Program-made: the position numbers and the translations under genes
Notes under the pieces: model-generated
The model's input: only the letters and a program-made list of their open reading frames with translations
Database searches by the model: none
What the model was told of the DNA's origin: nothing
Assembly (NCBI GenBank): GCA_965228895.1
Contig: OZ245842.1
Location: 3,744,001 to 3,808,000, forward strand
Reading direction: 5' to 3'
Source: Alphaproteobacteria bacterium
Lineage (GTDB): Bacteria > Pseudomonadota > Alphaproteobacteria > SP197
Length of the DNA: 64,000 bases
In this document: positions 1 through 9,682 of the stretch, piece by piece
How the letters are laid out: each line of letters opens with the position of its first letter
How positions within the stretch are numbered: position 1 is the first letter of the stretch

Positions 1-643
1 TGTTGGGGTAGCTGTACATGAATGAGACGTGACGGCGGTCGCGCACCACCTGCAGCGCATCGCCGGAGAAAAGCGCACCGCCTGCCCTCGGCCCATCCGC
101 CCAGTGAAGCACCGTGCTTCCAGCGAAGTGCCCGCCGGCGCGAACCAATGTCACGCTGTCAGAAATCTTGTGGTCGTCGCCGCTCCAATACGTGATGGAC
201 GGATGGGGCCGCTGGACCCATTGCCGGTCGGCTTCGTGAAGGACGATAGGAACCCCACCGAACGCATCGCTCCATTCACCCATCGACGAATAGAAATGCG
301 GGTGTGAGATGATGATCCGATCAAGGCCTCCTTGCGCCTCGATGACGCCGACCGCCTCATCGGTGACGAGCGGGACACATTCCCAAAGGATGTTGCCGGC
401 GTCCGTCTTGAGCAAGACCGCCCGCTGGTCGATGGCGAAGCCGGGCGTCAGGCCGAATGCCGTCAGGCTCTCTTCGGCCTCGATGCGTTGCACGTGCGTG
501 TCGGCAAGATCGTCATGGCTTGTCCAACGCTGGCCGGTCCAGCCGACGTACTGACGTTCGTCGTCGCAAACCGCGCAGTGACCGGGTGGATGGTCGGTGT
601 CGGCGTGCTGGGTGCCGCAGGTCTCGCAAATGAAATTTGTCAT
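1..643 (-). CDS. MBL-fold metallo-hydrolase with N-terminal CxxC...CxxC motif (partial, runs off window start)
   Basis: Not in ORF track (no stop in window). Manual translation from ATG at 643: MTNFICETCGTQHADTDHPPGHCAVCDDERQYVGW ... ISHPHFYSS ... GGHFAGS ... LFSGD; divergent from LysR. Confidence 0.85.
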   Translation of the reverse strand, partial: MTNFICETCGTQHADTDHPPGHCAVCDDERQYVGWTGQRWTSHDDLADTHVQRIEAEESLTAFGLTPGFAIDQRAVLLKTDAGNILWECVPLVTDEAVGVIEAQGGLDRIIISHPHFYSSMGEWSDAFGGVPIVLHEADRQWVQRPHPSITYWSGDDHKISDSVTLVRAGGHFAGSTVLHWADGPRAGGALFSGDALQVVRDRRHVSFMYSYPN

Positions 644-782
644 GATCGTCACCTTCCTCGTTGCGCTCTCGATTGCTCCGGTCGGCGTCTGAAAGAAGGA
701 CCTGTGTCGTCAGCGCCGATGTTCGACGCCAGATGTAATTGCTTGCCTTGAAGTTGGGAATGAGCGAAAAAGTAGATAGATC

Positions 783-799
783 ATTCACCAACAGTGAAT
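783..799. promoter_or_regulatory. LysR-type operator (dyad with T-N11-A)
   Basis: ATTCAC-CAACA-GTGAAT immediately upstream of the LysR start at 804. Confidence 0.6.
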
Positions 800-803
800 A
801 ATT

Positions 804-1718
804 ATGGATCGCTTGACCGCTCTGAACGTCTTTCGCAACGTGGTGGACGCGGGAAGTTTCGCGGCAGCATCGCGCCGACTCGGCCTCTCTCCCGCCGCTG
901 TCAGCAAGAACATCGGTGAGTTGGAGACGTTTCTCGCCGTCCGCCTGCTGAACCGTACGACCCGGCGGATGAGCCTGACCGAGGCCGGTTCGCTCTATTA
1001 CGATCGCATTGTGCGCGTGCTCAACGACCTGAACGATGCCGATGGCGCCCTGGGTGCCATGCAGCAGGCGCCGAAGGGGACCTTGCGCGTGAGCGCGCCG
1101 ATGACGGTCACCCTGACATGCTTATCCGCCCGCATTCCCGCGTTTCTGGACCGATATGCCGAGCTCGTCCTTGATCTCAGGCTGGACGACCGGCGGGTCG
1201 ACATTGTCCAGGAAGGTTTCGACATGGCGATCCGCGGCAGCGATAACCTCGAGGACTCAAGCCTCATTGCCAGGAAACTGATGACGATGACGCACGTCCT
1301 TTGTGGCGCACCATCTTATCTCGAACGTTTCGGCCAACCGGCATCGCCAGAGGCCGTCGCCGACCACACCTGCATTCAGTTCCCGTTCTCCGATCACGCC
1401 GATGTCTGGACGTTTCGCAACGCCACCCGTTCGGTAAGCGTGCCGATCGACGGCCAATACAAGGTGACGTCGAGCCTTGCCGTGCGAGACGCACTGAGGG
1501 CAGGTTTCGGCCTCAGTCTGATTCCTTGGATCTATGTCAGGCACGACCTGGAAGCCGGCCGCCTGCACACCGTCTTAGACGCGTGGTCCGTGGACGAGAC
1601 AACCCTTTATGCCGTTTATCCATCAAAGAGCTACCTGGTCCCGAAAGTGCGCCTGTTTCTTGATTTCGTGGCCGAGCAGTTCGCCGATGAAATGACCGCG
1701 AGCGCCCTTCCCCAATAG
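804..1718 (+). CDS. LysR family transcriptional regulator (CrgA/DmlR-like)
   Basis: MDRLTALNVF..GSFAAASRRLGLSPAAVSKNIGELE..LLNRTTRRMSLTEAG; C-terminal PKVRLFLDF. Confidence 0.95.
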   Translation: MDRLTALNVFRNVVDAGSFAAASRRLGLSPAAVSKNIGELETFLAVRLLNRTTRRMSLTEAGSLYYDRIVRVLNDLNDADGALGAMQQAPKGTLRVSAPMTVTLTCLSARIPAFLDRYAELVLDLRLDDRRVDIVQEGFDMAIRGSDNLEDSSLIARKLMTMTHVLCGAPSYLERFGQPASPEAVADHTCIQFPFSDHADVWTFRNATRSVSVPIDGQYKVTSSLAVRDALRAGFGLSLIPWIYVRHDLEAGRLHTVLDAWSVDETTLYAVYPSKSYLVPKVRLFLDFVAEQFADEMTASALPQ

Positions 1719-1748
1719 GCGGCCGTGTTCGCGCCGTCGCGACCGTGC

Positions 1749-3005
1749 TCAAAAAAAGATGAACGCGCGCACCACGACATTCTTGCGGCAGCGCGCGTCG
1801 GCGGGCGCGGTCGGGTCGATGCAGGCGGAATGAAACGACCAGCGTGAGACCGAACCGTCAGTGACGGAATCGTAACACTTCAACATCGACACTTCGGTCG
1901 GCGTCTGCTGGGGAATCCAATACCACTCGTGGTCGGGCCGATAGGTGAAGCGCGTCGTCTCACCGACCCTGTCGTCATAGATCCGGTAGTTGTTGATATA
2001 GGACTGGTCGGCAAAGGACGGCCAGGCGGCCAGCACAAACGGGTACTGTTCCACCGTCTCCATGGGTTTGGCGAGATTGATCGACATGAAGCGGCGCGCC
2101 ATCTTTGCGTCGGCCTCGGCCTCCGTGTAGTGCTGCTCGCGCCCGAAGTTCCTCAAGTTCTGCGTCAAAAGCTCGCGGCAGCGCACACGCCCGCTGTTGT
2201 CATTCAGATCGTTGTGCACCAGGTTGACATAGCTCGCATTGACGCCCGGGTTCTTGGCAGCCTGGTCTTCCGTTCGGTCGCCTGCATAATCCTTGTCGAA
2301 GACGTCGTGGTTATAGACCAGCGCATCGGTCGCGCCGGGGAAGAAGCCGAGCATCAGCTTTTCCATCTCCGGATAGAAAACGCGCTCGACCTCGGCGGCG
2401 TCATAGAAGTTCGCGCACGCGGACTCATGATGCGCCAAGGCGACGCCGAGCCTGTCCATGCATTCGGGGCTTTCGGGCGAAAGCCCGGGGTAGTAGTCGC
2501 CGATGCGCCGGGCATCGCGCAGGACTTGCGGGAAATAGAGACTGCGCCGCGCAAGGTCATCCTCGGCCTGGCGCAACAAAGCCTGCTCGGCCGCGCGCGT
2601 GGGGTCCTGCCACAGCGCATTGGACGAGACGACAACATAGGACGGCTCTTCGAGCACCGTATAACGCAGCGGCAGCACCACGCCGCCCTCCGGCGCTTCG
2701 ATCCCCTTCTCGCGGATGTAGGCAACGCACGCGTCGTAATCGCGGAACCCGAGTCCCCATTCGGTCTTGATTGGGCCGGGCGGCGCGTTGTCGACCATGT
2801 CGACAAACGCCCGGACCTTGCCCTCGGCGATCTGGGCCAGCGCCGCATCGAGCGCCGCGCCGGTTCCCGCATCGCCGTTCCGCTCAAAGGACATGAACGA
2901 CCAGCCGTCGTTCGCCGCGATGGGCGGCGCCTGCCCTGCCGTCAGTTCCAGCGACGGCACAAAGCCCGCTGATCCGTTACCCGTGCTGTGTTCTTGCCTT
3001 TCCAT
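1749..3005 (-). CDS. CmcJ/NvfI-family Fe(II)/2-oxoglutarate oxygenase-like protein with N-terminal extension
   Basis: C-terminal half has VHND, INLAKP..YPFVLA, HEWYWIPQQTPTEVSMLKCYDS, FHSACIDPTAPADARCRKNVVVRA, typical of the family; start placed at ATG 3005. Confidence 0.7.
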   Translation of the reverse strand: MERQEHSTGNGSAGFVPSLELTAGQAPPIAANDGWSFMSFERNGDAGTGAALDAALAQIAEGKVRAFVDMVDNAPPGPIKTEWGLGFRDYDACVAYIREKGIEAPEGGVVLPLRYTVLEEPSYVVVSSNALWQDPTRAAEQALLRQAEDDLARRSLYFPQVLRDARRIGDYYPGLSPESPECMDRLGVALAHHESACANFYDAAEVERVFYPEMEKLMLGFFPGATDALVYNHDVFDKDYAGDRTEDQAAKNPGVNASYVNLVHNDLNDNSGRVRCRELLTQNLRNFGREQHYTEAEADAKMARRFMSINLAKPMETVEQYPFVLAAWPSFADQSYINNYRIYDDRVGETTRFTYRPDHEWYWIPQQTPTEVSMLKCYDSVTDGSVSRWSFHSACIDPTAPADARCRKNVVVRAFIFF

Positions 3006-3240
3006 AGCGTGCCTCCGATGAAACACGGGCGATTCTGGTATCAATCACCCGTACTTTCTGGGGGTGGTCTCGGCTGGTCACGCGGCTCGGCGGAAGCCCG
3101 TCCATTGTTCAAATCGTTGCAACAGAGCGTTTCTGCGTCAATAGCTACCGGCGAGGGAGGCAGTCACTTATCGTTTGGCGGCATGTTCGACCACGTTTCG
3201 CCGTCGCCGGGCGTCACATGAGCAGGGACGAGGCCAGGAA

Positions 3241-3696
3241 ATGACCGACCACAAACCCACGGGCGGATGCATGTGTGGGGCCGTGCGCTACGAGCTCGAC
3301 GGCACGCCGACATGGAACGTCTACTGCCACTGCCGCAGCTGCCGCAAACACACTGGCGCACCGGTCAGCGTTCTCGTGACCTGCGTGCCCGAGCAGGTCC
3401 GCTGGACCGAGGGAAACCGCGTCTTTTACGAATCCTCACCCGGCCGCTACCGCGCGTTCTGCCGCGATTGTGGGACGTCGCTGACCTGGGAGGCAGAGGT
3501 GAAGGGCAACGCTTGGCTGGGCATCCACGTCAGCACGCTCGATCACCCGGAAGACTTCCAGCCGGTCGAGCACGTCTTCCACAGTCACGCGATTGCCTGG
3601 TTCGACACGAACGACGATCTGCCGCGCCACAAGGATACAAAGTTCGCCGAGTTTGGCGTGCGCGAGCCGGGCTGGCGCGAACAAACACCCGCTTAA
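3241..3696 (+). CDS. GFA family (glutathione-dependent formaldehyde-activating-like) Zn protein
   Basis: GGCMCGAVRY, YCHCRSCRK, RAFCRDCGTSL motifs. Confidence 0.92.
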   Translation: MTDHKPTGGCMCGAVRYELDGTPTWNVYCHCRSCRKHTGAPVSVLVTCVPEQVRWTEGNRVFYESSPGRYRAFCRDCGTSLTWEAEVKGNAWLGIHVSTLDHPEDFQPVEHVFHSHAIAWFDTNDDLPRHKDTKFAEFGVREPGWREQTPA

Positions 3697-3731
3697 GACC
3701 GGCGAAAGAACGGCATCGCATTTATGCGACG

Positions 3732-4403
3732 TCAGGTATCCGGGAAATCGGATGCACGCTTCATGATGTCCTTGGATCGTGAGGGAAAGATCAACGACAA
3801 CACGGTCCCCACCGCCAGTCGTGCATCCTTGGGCGTCAGATAGTCCGGAGAATAGTAGAGCCGGCTCCACATGCCGTCGGTCATGGTCTCCAGCGTATGG
3901 GCGACAGTCTTGGGCGTCCAAACCGTGCCTGAAAGCAGGTCCTTCGCATCCTTGCAAAGCGACATCTGAACTTCCTGCCGCTCGGCGTCGAATCGTTCCG
4001 ACATTTCAGCCAGGCTGACGTTCCTCGAAGCCTCGCTCCAGAGCGAATTCCAGAACGTCAAGTTCTGACGCTCCATGTATTCGGGCGCCAATGCCGCGAA
4101 GACCAACGCCATGATCCGATCGACCGGATCCGGACCGGCCGACGACAAGGCATCCATCCAAAACGTCCTGTATTCTTCCAAACGATGGCGAAACGCTTCT
4201 ACCAGCAAGGTGTCCTTGCTCTTGAAGTAGAAGACGGCGGTGCCTTGGGACAGGCCCGAAGCCTTGGCAACCGTCGCCAGTGTCGTCGCCGAAAGTCCGT
4301 GTTCGACAATGGACTCAATGGCAGCGTCCATCAGCTGCTTGCGCCGTCGATTGGCGTTTTCGGTGTTCTCGCCTTTCGGCCTGCCCACGCGCGTTTTTGT
4401 CAT
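3732..4403 (-). CDS. TetR family regulator, BetI-like
   Basis: RRKQLMDAAIESIVEHGLSATTLATVAKASGLSQGTAVFYFKSKDTLL; paralog of 40798..41460. Confidence 0.9.
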   Translation of the reverse strand: MTKTRVGRPKGENTENANRRRKQLMDAAIESIVEHGLSATTLATVAKASGLSQGTAVFYFKSKDTLLVEAFRHRLEEYRTFWMDALSSAGPDPVDRIMALVFAALAPEYMERQNLTFWNSLWSEASRNVSLAEMSERFDAERQEVQMSLCKDAKDLLSGTVWTPKTVAHTLETMTDGMWSRLYYSPDYLTPKDARLAVGTVLSLIFPSRSKDIMKRASDFPDT

Positions 4404-4514
4404 GGCAGCATTCAGTTCCAATCACGACGGGGCGGTTACGGGGGGACGATCACCCAGAACCGCTATCGTCTCCAAAGACACTACCAGACATGGCCAATGT
4501 CCCGGAGATAATAT

Positions 4515-4537
4515 TTTTGATTGAGCGCTCAAATAAA
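4515..4537. promoter_or_regulatory. Candidate TetR operator
   Basis: Perfect palindrome TTGAGCGCTCAA (4521-4532) in an AT-rich stretch between the divergent TetR and SBP genes. Confidence 0.65.
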
Positions 4538-4621
4538 TTATGTGACCTTTGTTTTTGAGTGATCCTGGGCTTGGGATCCGTTCTCGATTTCAGAATTTGC
4601 CAAGAAAGGGAGGCACAATCG

Positions 4622-5752
4622 ATGTCAAGTGAGAGAGCATCTATTGATGACATGATCGAAAAAGCGCGGGCAGGCAAACTTTCTCGCCGCCAATTCAGTC
4701 AGTTGCTCAGCGCCACGGGCGTTTCAATTCTTACGGTGCCCGCTTTCGCGCGGCCGGCGGCAGCCGATGGTGAAGAGGCGTTCTACTTTACCTGGGGTGG
4801 CTACGACATTCCTGAGCTCTTGGGCGAGTACTACGAAAAACATGGCGCCTACCCCGACATGGCGCCTTATGCCAGCAGCAACGATGGCCTCGCCAAGGTC
4901 CGCTCCGGCTTTGTGGTCGATGTTCTGCATCCCTGCAATGCGAATGCCCCGAACTGGGTCAATGCCGGCGTCGTCCAGCCGATCGACACGTCGAAACTGT
5001 CGCACTGGGACGATGTGATCCCGTCCATGAAGACCATCGCGGTTGCCGATGGGGAGACGTACTTTGCCCCCATGGACTGGGGCCAGACCTCGGTCACCTA
5101 TCGCACCGACCTTGTGGATTTCCCGGACGGCGAGGAATCCTGGAGCGTCCTGTGGGACGAGCGCTACAAGCAGAAGATATCCATGATCGGCAACGAGGGT
5201 GACACCTGGTGGTGCGCGGCGATCTATGCCGGCGTGCCGTTCGACCAGATCGAGACCGAGGAGAGCATCGAGAAGGTCGCGACCCTGTTGCGTGAGCAGC
5301 TGCCGCTGGTGCGCATGTACACCGATGACATGACCAGCGTGGAACAGGCCCTGGCGGCCGGCGAACTGGTTGCCGCCATGACCTGGAACAGTTCGGCCGT
5401 CGCGCTGAAGGCCGAAGGTGTGCCTGTGGCTTTTGCGGCGCCGAAAGAAGGTGCCCTGACATGGGTCTGCGGTGCCATGATCTCCGTTGGTGCGCCCCAT
5501 GTGGACAAGGCCCACGATGTGATCAATTCCCTGCTCAGTCCGGAATCCGGCCGCTTCCTCATCAACGACTACGGTTATGGCCATTCCAACCGAAAGTCCT
5601 TTGATCTGGTCAGTGAGGAACGGCTCGAGGAACTGGGCTTGAGCCGCAATCCCGATGAGATACTCGGCGCGGGCAAGTACCAGATCCCGACATCGGATGA
5701 GTTCACCAGCCGAATTGCCACGCTCTATGCGGAGATCCTGGCGGGCTACTAA
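4622..5752 (+). CDS. PotD/PotF-like ABC solute-binding protein, Tat-type signal
   Basis: LSRRQF signal; FTWGGY, PMDWGQTS, PKEGALTWVCG, YGYGHSN; RBS GGGAGG upstream. Confidence 0.88.
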   Translation: MSSERASIDDMIEKARAGKLSRRQFSQLLSATGVSILTVPAFARPAAADGEEAFYFTWGGYDIPELLGEYYEKHGAYPDMAPYASSNDGLAKVRSGFVVDVLHPCNANAPNWVNAGVVQPIDTSKLSHWDDVIPSMKTIAVADGETYFAPMDWGQTSVTYRTDLVDFPDGEESWSVLWDERYKQKISMIGNEGDTWWCAAIYAGVPFDQIETEESIEKVATLLREQLPLVRMYTDDMTSVEQALAAGELVAAMTWNSSAVALKAEGVPVAFAAPKEGALTWVCGAMISVGAPHVDKAHDVINSLLSPESGRFLINDYGYGHSNRKSFDLVSEERLEELGLSRNPDEILGAGKYQIPTSDEFTSRIATLYAEILAGY

Positions 5753-5779
5753 ACACATCTGCCACGAGGTTTCGGCCAA

Positions 5780-5815
5780 ACCTGCCAACGAGTATGCGTT
5801 AACCCGTTGGCAGGT
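5780..5815 (+). terminator. Stem-loop after SBP gene
   Basis: ACCTGCCAACG-N14-CGTTGGCAGGT, 11-bp perfect stem, no U-tract. Confidence 0.45.
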
Positions 5816-5864
5816 GAGCCGTTCTTGTCATTGTATTGTTCTGCTGACTCGGTAGGAGGGCAGC

Positions 5865-7121
5865 ATGTCATCGGAATCCGACGTCGTTATCATCGGTGCA
5901 GGGTCGGCGGGCCTGTCGGCGGCCAAGGAACTGGCGCACCTTGGCCTTTCCACGACGGTCGTCGAGGGATCGCACCGCATCGGCGGACGCGCCTACTCCG
6001 AAGAGATCGCACCCGGCGTTTGGTTCGACCTGGGTTGCGCCTGGTTGACCGGAGCCGTCGCCAATCCTTTTATCCCCATTGCCGACGCGCTGGGCATCAC
6101 GCTGGCCAAAGACAAGAGCCATCTGTTCGATATCGACAAACACCATTTCCATAGAAACGGCGCACCGCTCAACGACGACCAACGCGCTGCTTGCCTGCGC
6201 TATTACGACGAGAGTCACGAAGCGATATCCGACGCCGCCAAGCAGGATCGCGATGTCGCCATCGGCGATGTGGTCGATATGGAGCACGAGTTTGCGCCAC
6301 CCCTTCTGGGCGGCATTGCGACTTCGTGGGGCATGGATGTTGACCTCGTTTCGACCACCGACTCGGCCAGTTCGGCCGGCGAGTTGGGCTTTCCCGCCCT
6401 CAATGGCTACGGCAATCTGGTGGCGGCATGGGGCGCCGATGTGCCGGTGTCGCTCAACACGCGCGTTGACCGGATTGATTGGACGGGTCCCGGCGTGACA
6501 GTCGAGACGCCCAAGGGCGCCATCAAAGGGCGGACCGCCCTCTGCACGGTGTCAACGGGCGTCCTGGCATCCGGCGAGATCGCGTTTACGCCCGGCCTGC
6601 CGGACTGGAAAACGGAAGCAATCCACAATCTACCCATGGGCACGGAAAACAAAATGGGCGTCCACTTCGACACCGACGTGTTCGGACCGGATGGCCGCGG
6701 TCACCACACCACGTGGAATGACGACGGCACCATGGGTAAGATTCACGCCTGCGTCATGGGCAACAACATTGCCTCTGTGTTCACCGGCGGGCGCCACGCT
6801 GTCTGGCTCGAGAAGCAGGGCCAGCAGGCCGGTCACGACTTCGCCGTCGACCGGTGTGCCGATATCTTCGGCAACGACATCCGCAAATACGTTACCCGCA
6901 CCATCGTCACCGCCTGGGAAACGGAGCCTTGGACCCGGGGCTCGTGGGCCTGCGCGCGTCCCGGCCACGCACACCAGCGCACCAATCTAGGTCGCGGCGT
7001 CGATGAACGTCTGTTCTTTGCCGGTGAGGCCACGGTCTATGGCGGGCAAGGCACCTGCGACGGGGCGTACCACTCAGGCATCCGCGCGGCGCGGGAGATT
7101 GCCGCAACGTTGAACGTCTGA
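5865..7121 (+). CDS. Flavin monoamine oxidase family FAD-dependent oxidoreductase
   Basis: GAGSAGLSAA dinucleotide motif, RIGGRA, FDLGCAWL, WETEPWTRGSW, LFFAGEAT..GAYHSGIRAA. Confidence 0.9.
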   Translation: MSSESDVVIIGAGSAGLSAAKELAHLGLSTTVVEGSHRIGGRAYSEEIAPGVWFDLGCAWLTGAVANPFIPIADALGITLAKDKSHLFDIDKHHFHRNGAPLNDDQRAACLRYYDESHEAISDAAKQDRDVAIGDVVDMEHEFAPPLLGGIATSWGMDVDLVSTTDSASSAGELGFPALNGYGNLVAAWGADVPVSLNTRVDRIDWTGPGVTVETPKGAIKGRTALCTVSTGVLASGEIAFTPGLPDWKTEAIHNLPMGTENKMGVHFDTDVFGPDGRGHHTTWNDDGTMGKIHACVMGNNIASVFTGGRHAVWLEKQGQQAGHDFAVDRCADIFGNDIRKYVTRTIVTAWETEPWTRGSWACARPGHAHQRTNLGRGVDERLFFAGEATVYGGQGTCDGAYHSGIRAAREIAATLNV

Positions 7122-7242
7122 TGGAGTGTTACCGATAATCTCCGCAACGTGATGCGGCTATGCTGAATTGGCGGAAGTGCCTGTTTGATCGCGAAATCGA
7201 GGCCACGAGACGTGGTCTGGCGGTCATGTGGATGACCGTGGC

Positions 7243-8139
7243 CTACGGGCCGATCAGCTGCTTCATGCGCTCCTTGTGGGCTTGGCAGGCGGCAAGGATC
7301 CAATCGACAAAGATGTCGAGCGCGCGTCGCTGTGGTGATTGTCGAAGCGCGAAGATGAACTGATTGCCCTCTATAGTCTCGGCAAAGAGACGCACAAACC
7401 GCCCATGGACAAGGTCGTCGCCATAGACCATGGCATCACCCATCAACACGCCACGGCCTGCGACAGCCGCCTCGTACAGGCGATCGTGCGAGAAGTAGAT
7501 CTCCGTATTCGGAGCTTTGACATGGCGTACCCCTGCGGCATCGAACCATCGTTGCCACCAATCGTCGCTGTCATCATGCAACAGGCAATGGCGGGCCAAG
7601 TCGCTCGGCTGGGTAAGAGGCGTCGGGCCTTCAAGAAGCATGGGTACACACATGGGAAAGACCGTCTCGCTGAACAGGAGGTGGCGATCGCGCCCAAATC
7701 TCTGTCTGAAACCATAGAAGATCAGGCCGTCGACATCGTCGCTTTCGTCTTGCAGTACGAGATCTATATGGACATGCGGATGAAGGCGGTGGAACTCACC
7801 GAGCCGTGGCGCCAGCCAACGTTTGGCAAACGCGGTCTCACTGGCGATGCGGAGCGTGTGGCGCCCTGCTCGTCGGCGGGCACGTTCAACACCCCGATCC
7901 ATGGCGGCGAACGCCGTCACCACCTCGTCGCGCAGCTCACGCCCGGCGTCGGTAAGCCTCACTCTGCGATGCAGGCGTTCGAACAGTTCGACGCCGAGCT
8001 CGCCTTCCAACCGCTTGATATGACGCGTGACAGCGACAGGCGTCACGGCAAGTTCGGCTGCGGCGTCCTTGAAGCTTTCGAGGCGCGCGGCAGCTTCGAA
8101 CGCGCGGAGGGCATGGAGATTCAGTGTTTTGCTGGTCAT
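7243..8139 (-). CDS. LysR family regulator, GcvA-like
   Basis: LHALRAFEAAARLESFKDAAAELAVTPVAVTRHIKRLE..LFERLHRRVRLTDAG; FAKRWLAPRL. Confidence 0.93.
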   Translation of the reverse strand: MTSKTLNLHALRAFEAAARLESFKDAAAELAVTPVAVTRHIKRLEGELGVELFERLHRRVRLTDAGRELRDEVVTAFAAMDRGVERARRRAGRHTLRIASETAFAKRWLAPRLGEFHRLHPHVHIDLVLQDESDDVDGLIFYGFRQRFGRDRHLLFSETVFPMCVPMLLEGPTPLTQPSDLARHCLLHDDSDDWWQRWFDAAGVRHVKAPNTEIYFSHDRLYEAAVAGRGVLMGDAMVYGDDLVHGRFVRLFAETIEGNQFIFALRQSPQRRALDIFVDWILAACQAHKERMKQLIGP

Positions 8140-8225
8140 GCCCTAAGCGCCATTCAACCGTTCCGTTGACCCCATCGCCTTACTCTCGGAAGCCGTTGTC
8201 TCCGATACGGATCACCAAGGATACG

Positions 8226-8242
8226 GTTAATCCAGGGTTAAC
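8226..8242. promoter_or_regulatory. LysR-type operator
   Basis: GTTAA-TCCAGGG-TTAAC dyad (T-N11-A) between the divergent LysR and SBP operon. Confidence 0.6.
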
Positions 8243-8375
8243 TGAAGTGTCGAATAGTCATTTGTCATGAACAGCGCGTACATCCGAACATTGTTTTAGG
8301 CCGCTGACCGGGGGCGAAGACCGTGGCATCGCGGGAATTCGAGCTGGCCTAATCAACAAAGGGAGGACAGAAAGC

Positions 8376-9533
8376 ATGAAACCGTTGATGGAGACGACCC
8401 GCTTCCACGACCTGTTGTGTGAGGGTCGACTGAGCCGGCGTCAGGCGCATCGGATCATGGCGTCCTTTGGCGTTGGCACCGTCGCCGTACAGGCGCTGGG
8501 CGGGGGCGCCCTGGCCGAGACGCAGGACGACCAACCGGTGTTCTTTACCTGGGTTGGCTATGACGAGCCCGAGTTCATGGTTCACTACACCGCGAAGTAT
8601 GGGACCGAGCCGAACTACGCGTTCTTCGCTGACGAGGACGAGGCATTCGCCAAAATGAGGGCCGGTTACAACCCCCACGTGACCTATCCGTGCGGACCTT
8701 CCCTCAAGCTGTGGTACGACGCCGGATTGCTTGCACCGATTGAAACGGATCGCCTGTCGAACTGGCCGGACGTTATGGAGATCTTCAAGAATGCTCCCAA
8801 TTCGGTGGTCGACGGTGAGCGCGTCTACGTGCCGGAGGATTGGGGCCAGACCTCGATGATCGTCCGCACCGACCTTGCACCGGAATACGCGGATCCGGAG
8901 AACCAGACCTGGAAGGCGCTGTGGGACGAGAACTACGCCGGCCGCGTTTCGATTTCCGACTATTCATACGAGGCCTTCGCGATCGCAGCGCTCGTCTTGG
9001 GTCTGGACCCCTGGAACATGAGCGAGGCCGATCGGATACAATGCGAGGACGCGCTTCGCGAGCAGGTGCCGCTCAACCGCATGTTCACGACGTCGCACAC
9101 GCAGCAGGCGCAGGCGCTGGCATCCGGTGAACTCGTGATTGCGACCGGGACCAACGGGCTCCTGTCGGAGCTGACGGAGCAAGGCGAAGAGTTTGGCATT
9201 GAGTTCTCGTTTGCCACACCGAAAGAGGGCGCCATTACGTGGCATTGCGGGTTGTGCATTCACCCGGCCGCGATCACGGATGGCATGTACGAGAAGTGCC
9301 ACGACATCATCGATTCTTTCATTTCACCGGAGGCTGGCGCCTACGAGATTGGCAACTGGTACTACGGCCACTCCAACATCAAGTCGTACGAGGGATTTGA
9401 CGAGGAGTTCCTGCTTTCAATTGGTCAGTCCAAGGACGTCGAAACCTTCCTCGAGGGCACCGCGTTCCAGCAAACCATGAACGAGCCGGAAGTCCTCGCC
9501 CTGCGGTGGGAAGAGCTGAAGGCAGGATTCTGA
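8376..9533 (+). CDS. PotD/PotF-like ABC solute-binding protein, Tat-type signal
   Basis: LSRRQA signal; FTWVGY, PEDWGQTS, PKEGAITWHCG; close paralog of 12521..13693. Confidence 0.88.
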   Translation: MKPLMETTRFHDLLCEGRLSRRQAHRIMASFGVGTVAVQALGGGALAETQDDQPVFFTWVGYDEPEFMVHYTAKYGTEPNYAFFADEDEAFAKMRAGYNPHVTYPCGPSLKLWYDAGLLAPIETDRLSNWPDVMEIFKNAPNSVVDGERVYVPEDWGQTSMIVRTDLAPEYADPENQTWKALWDENYAGRVSISDYSYEAFAIAALVLGLDPWNMSEADRIQCEDALREQVPLNRMFTTSHTQQAQALASGELVIATGTNGLLSELTEQGEEFGIEFSFATPKEGAITWHCGLCIHPAAITDGMYEKCHDIIDSFISPEAGAYEIGNWYYGHSNIKSYEGFDEEFLLSIGQSKDVETFLEGTAFQQTMNEPEVLALRWEELKAGF

Positions 9534-9556
9534 TTAGGCGAGGCATGATCGGAGCG

Positions 9557-9586
9557 GAGAGCGGTGCGACAAAAGGCACCGCTTTT
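9557..9586 (+). terminator. Hairpin with short U-tract after SBP
   Basis: AGCGGTGC-GACAAAAG-GCACCGCT followed by TTT. Confidence 0.5.
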
Positions 9587-9682
9587 CCTGCTTCCGCTTG
9601 TTGTCGTTGCCTCACCCGAGAACGCATTGCGACAAACGCTCGGGTGCCTTTGGGCAGCGGACCCTACGGGAGTGCAGCGAGC

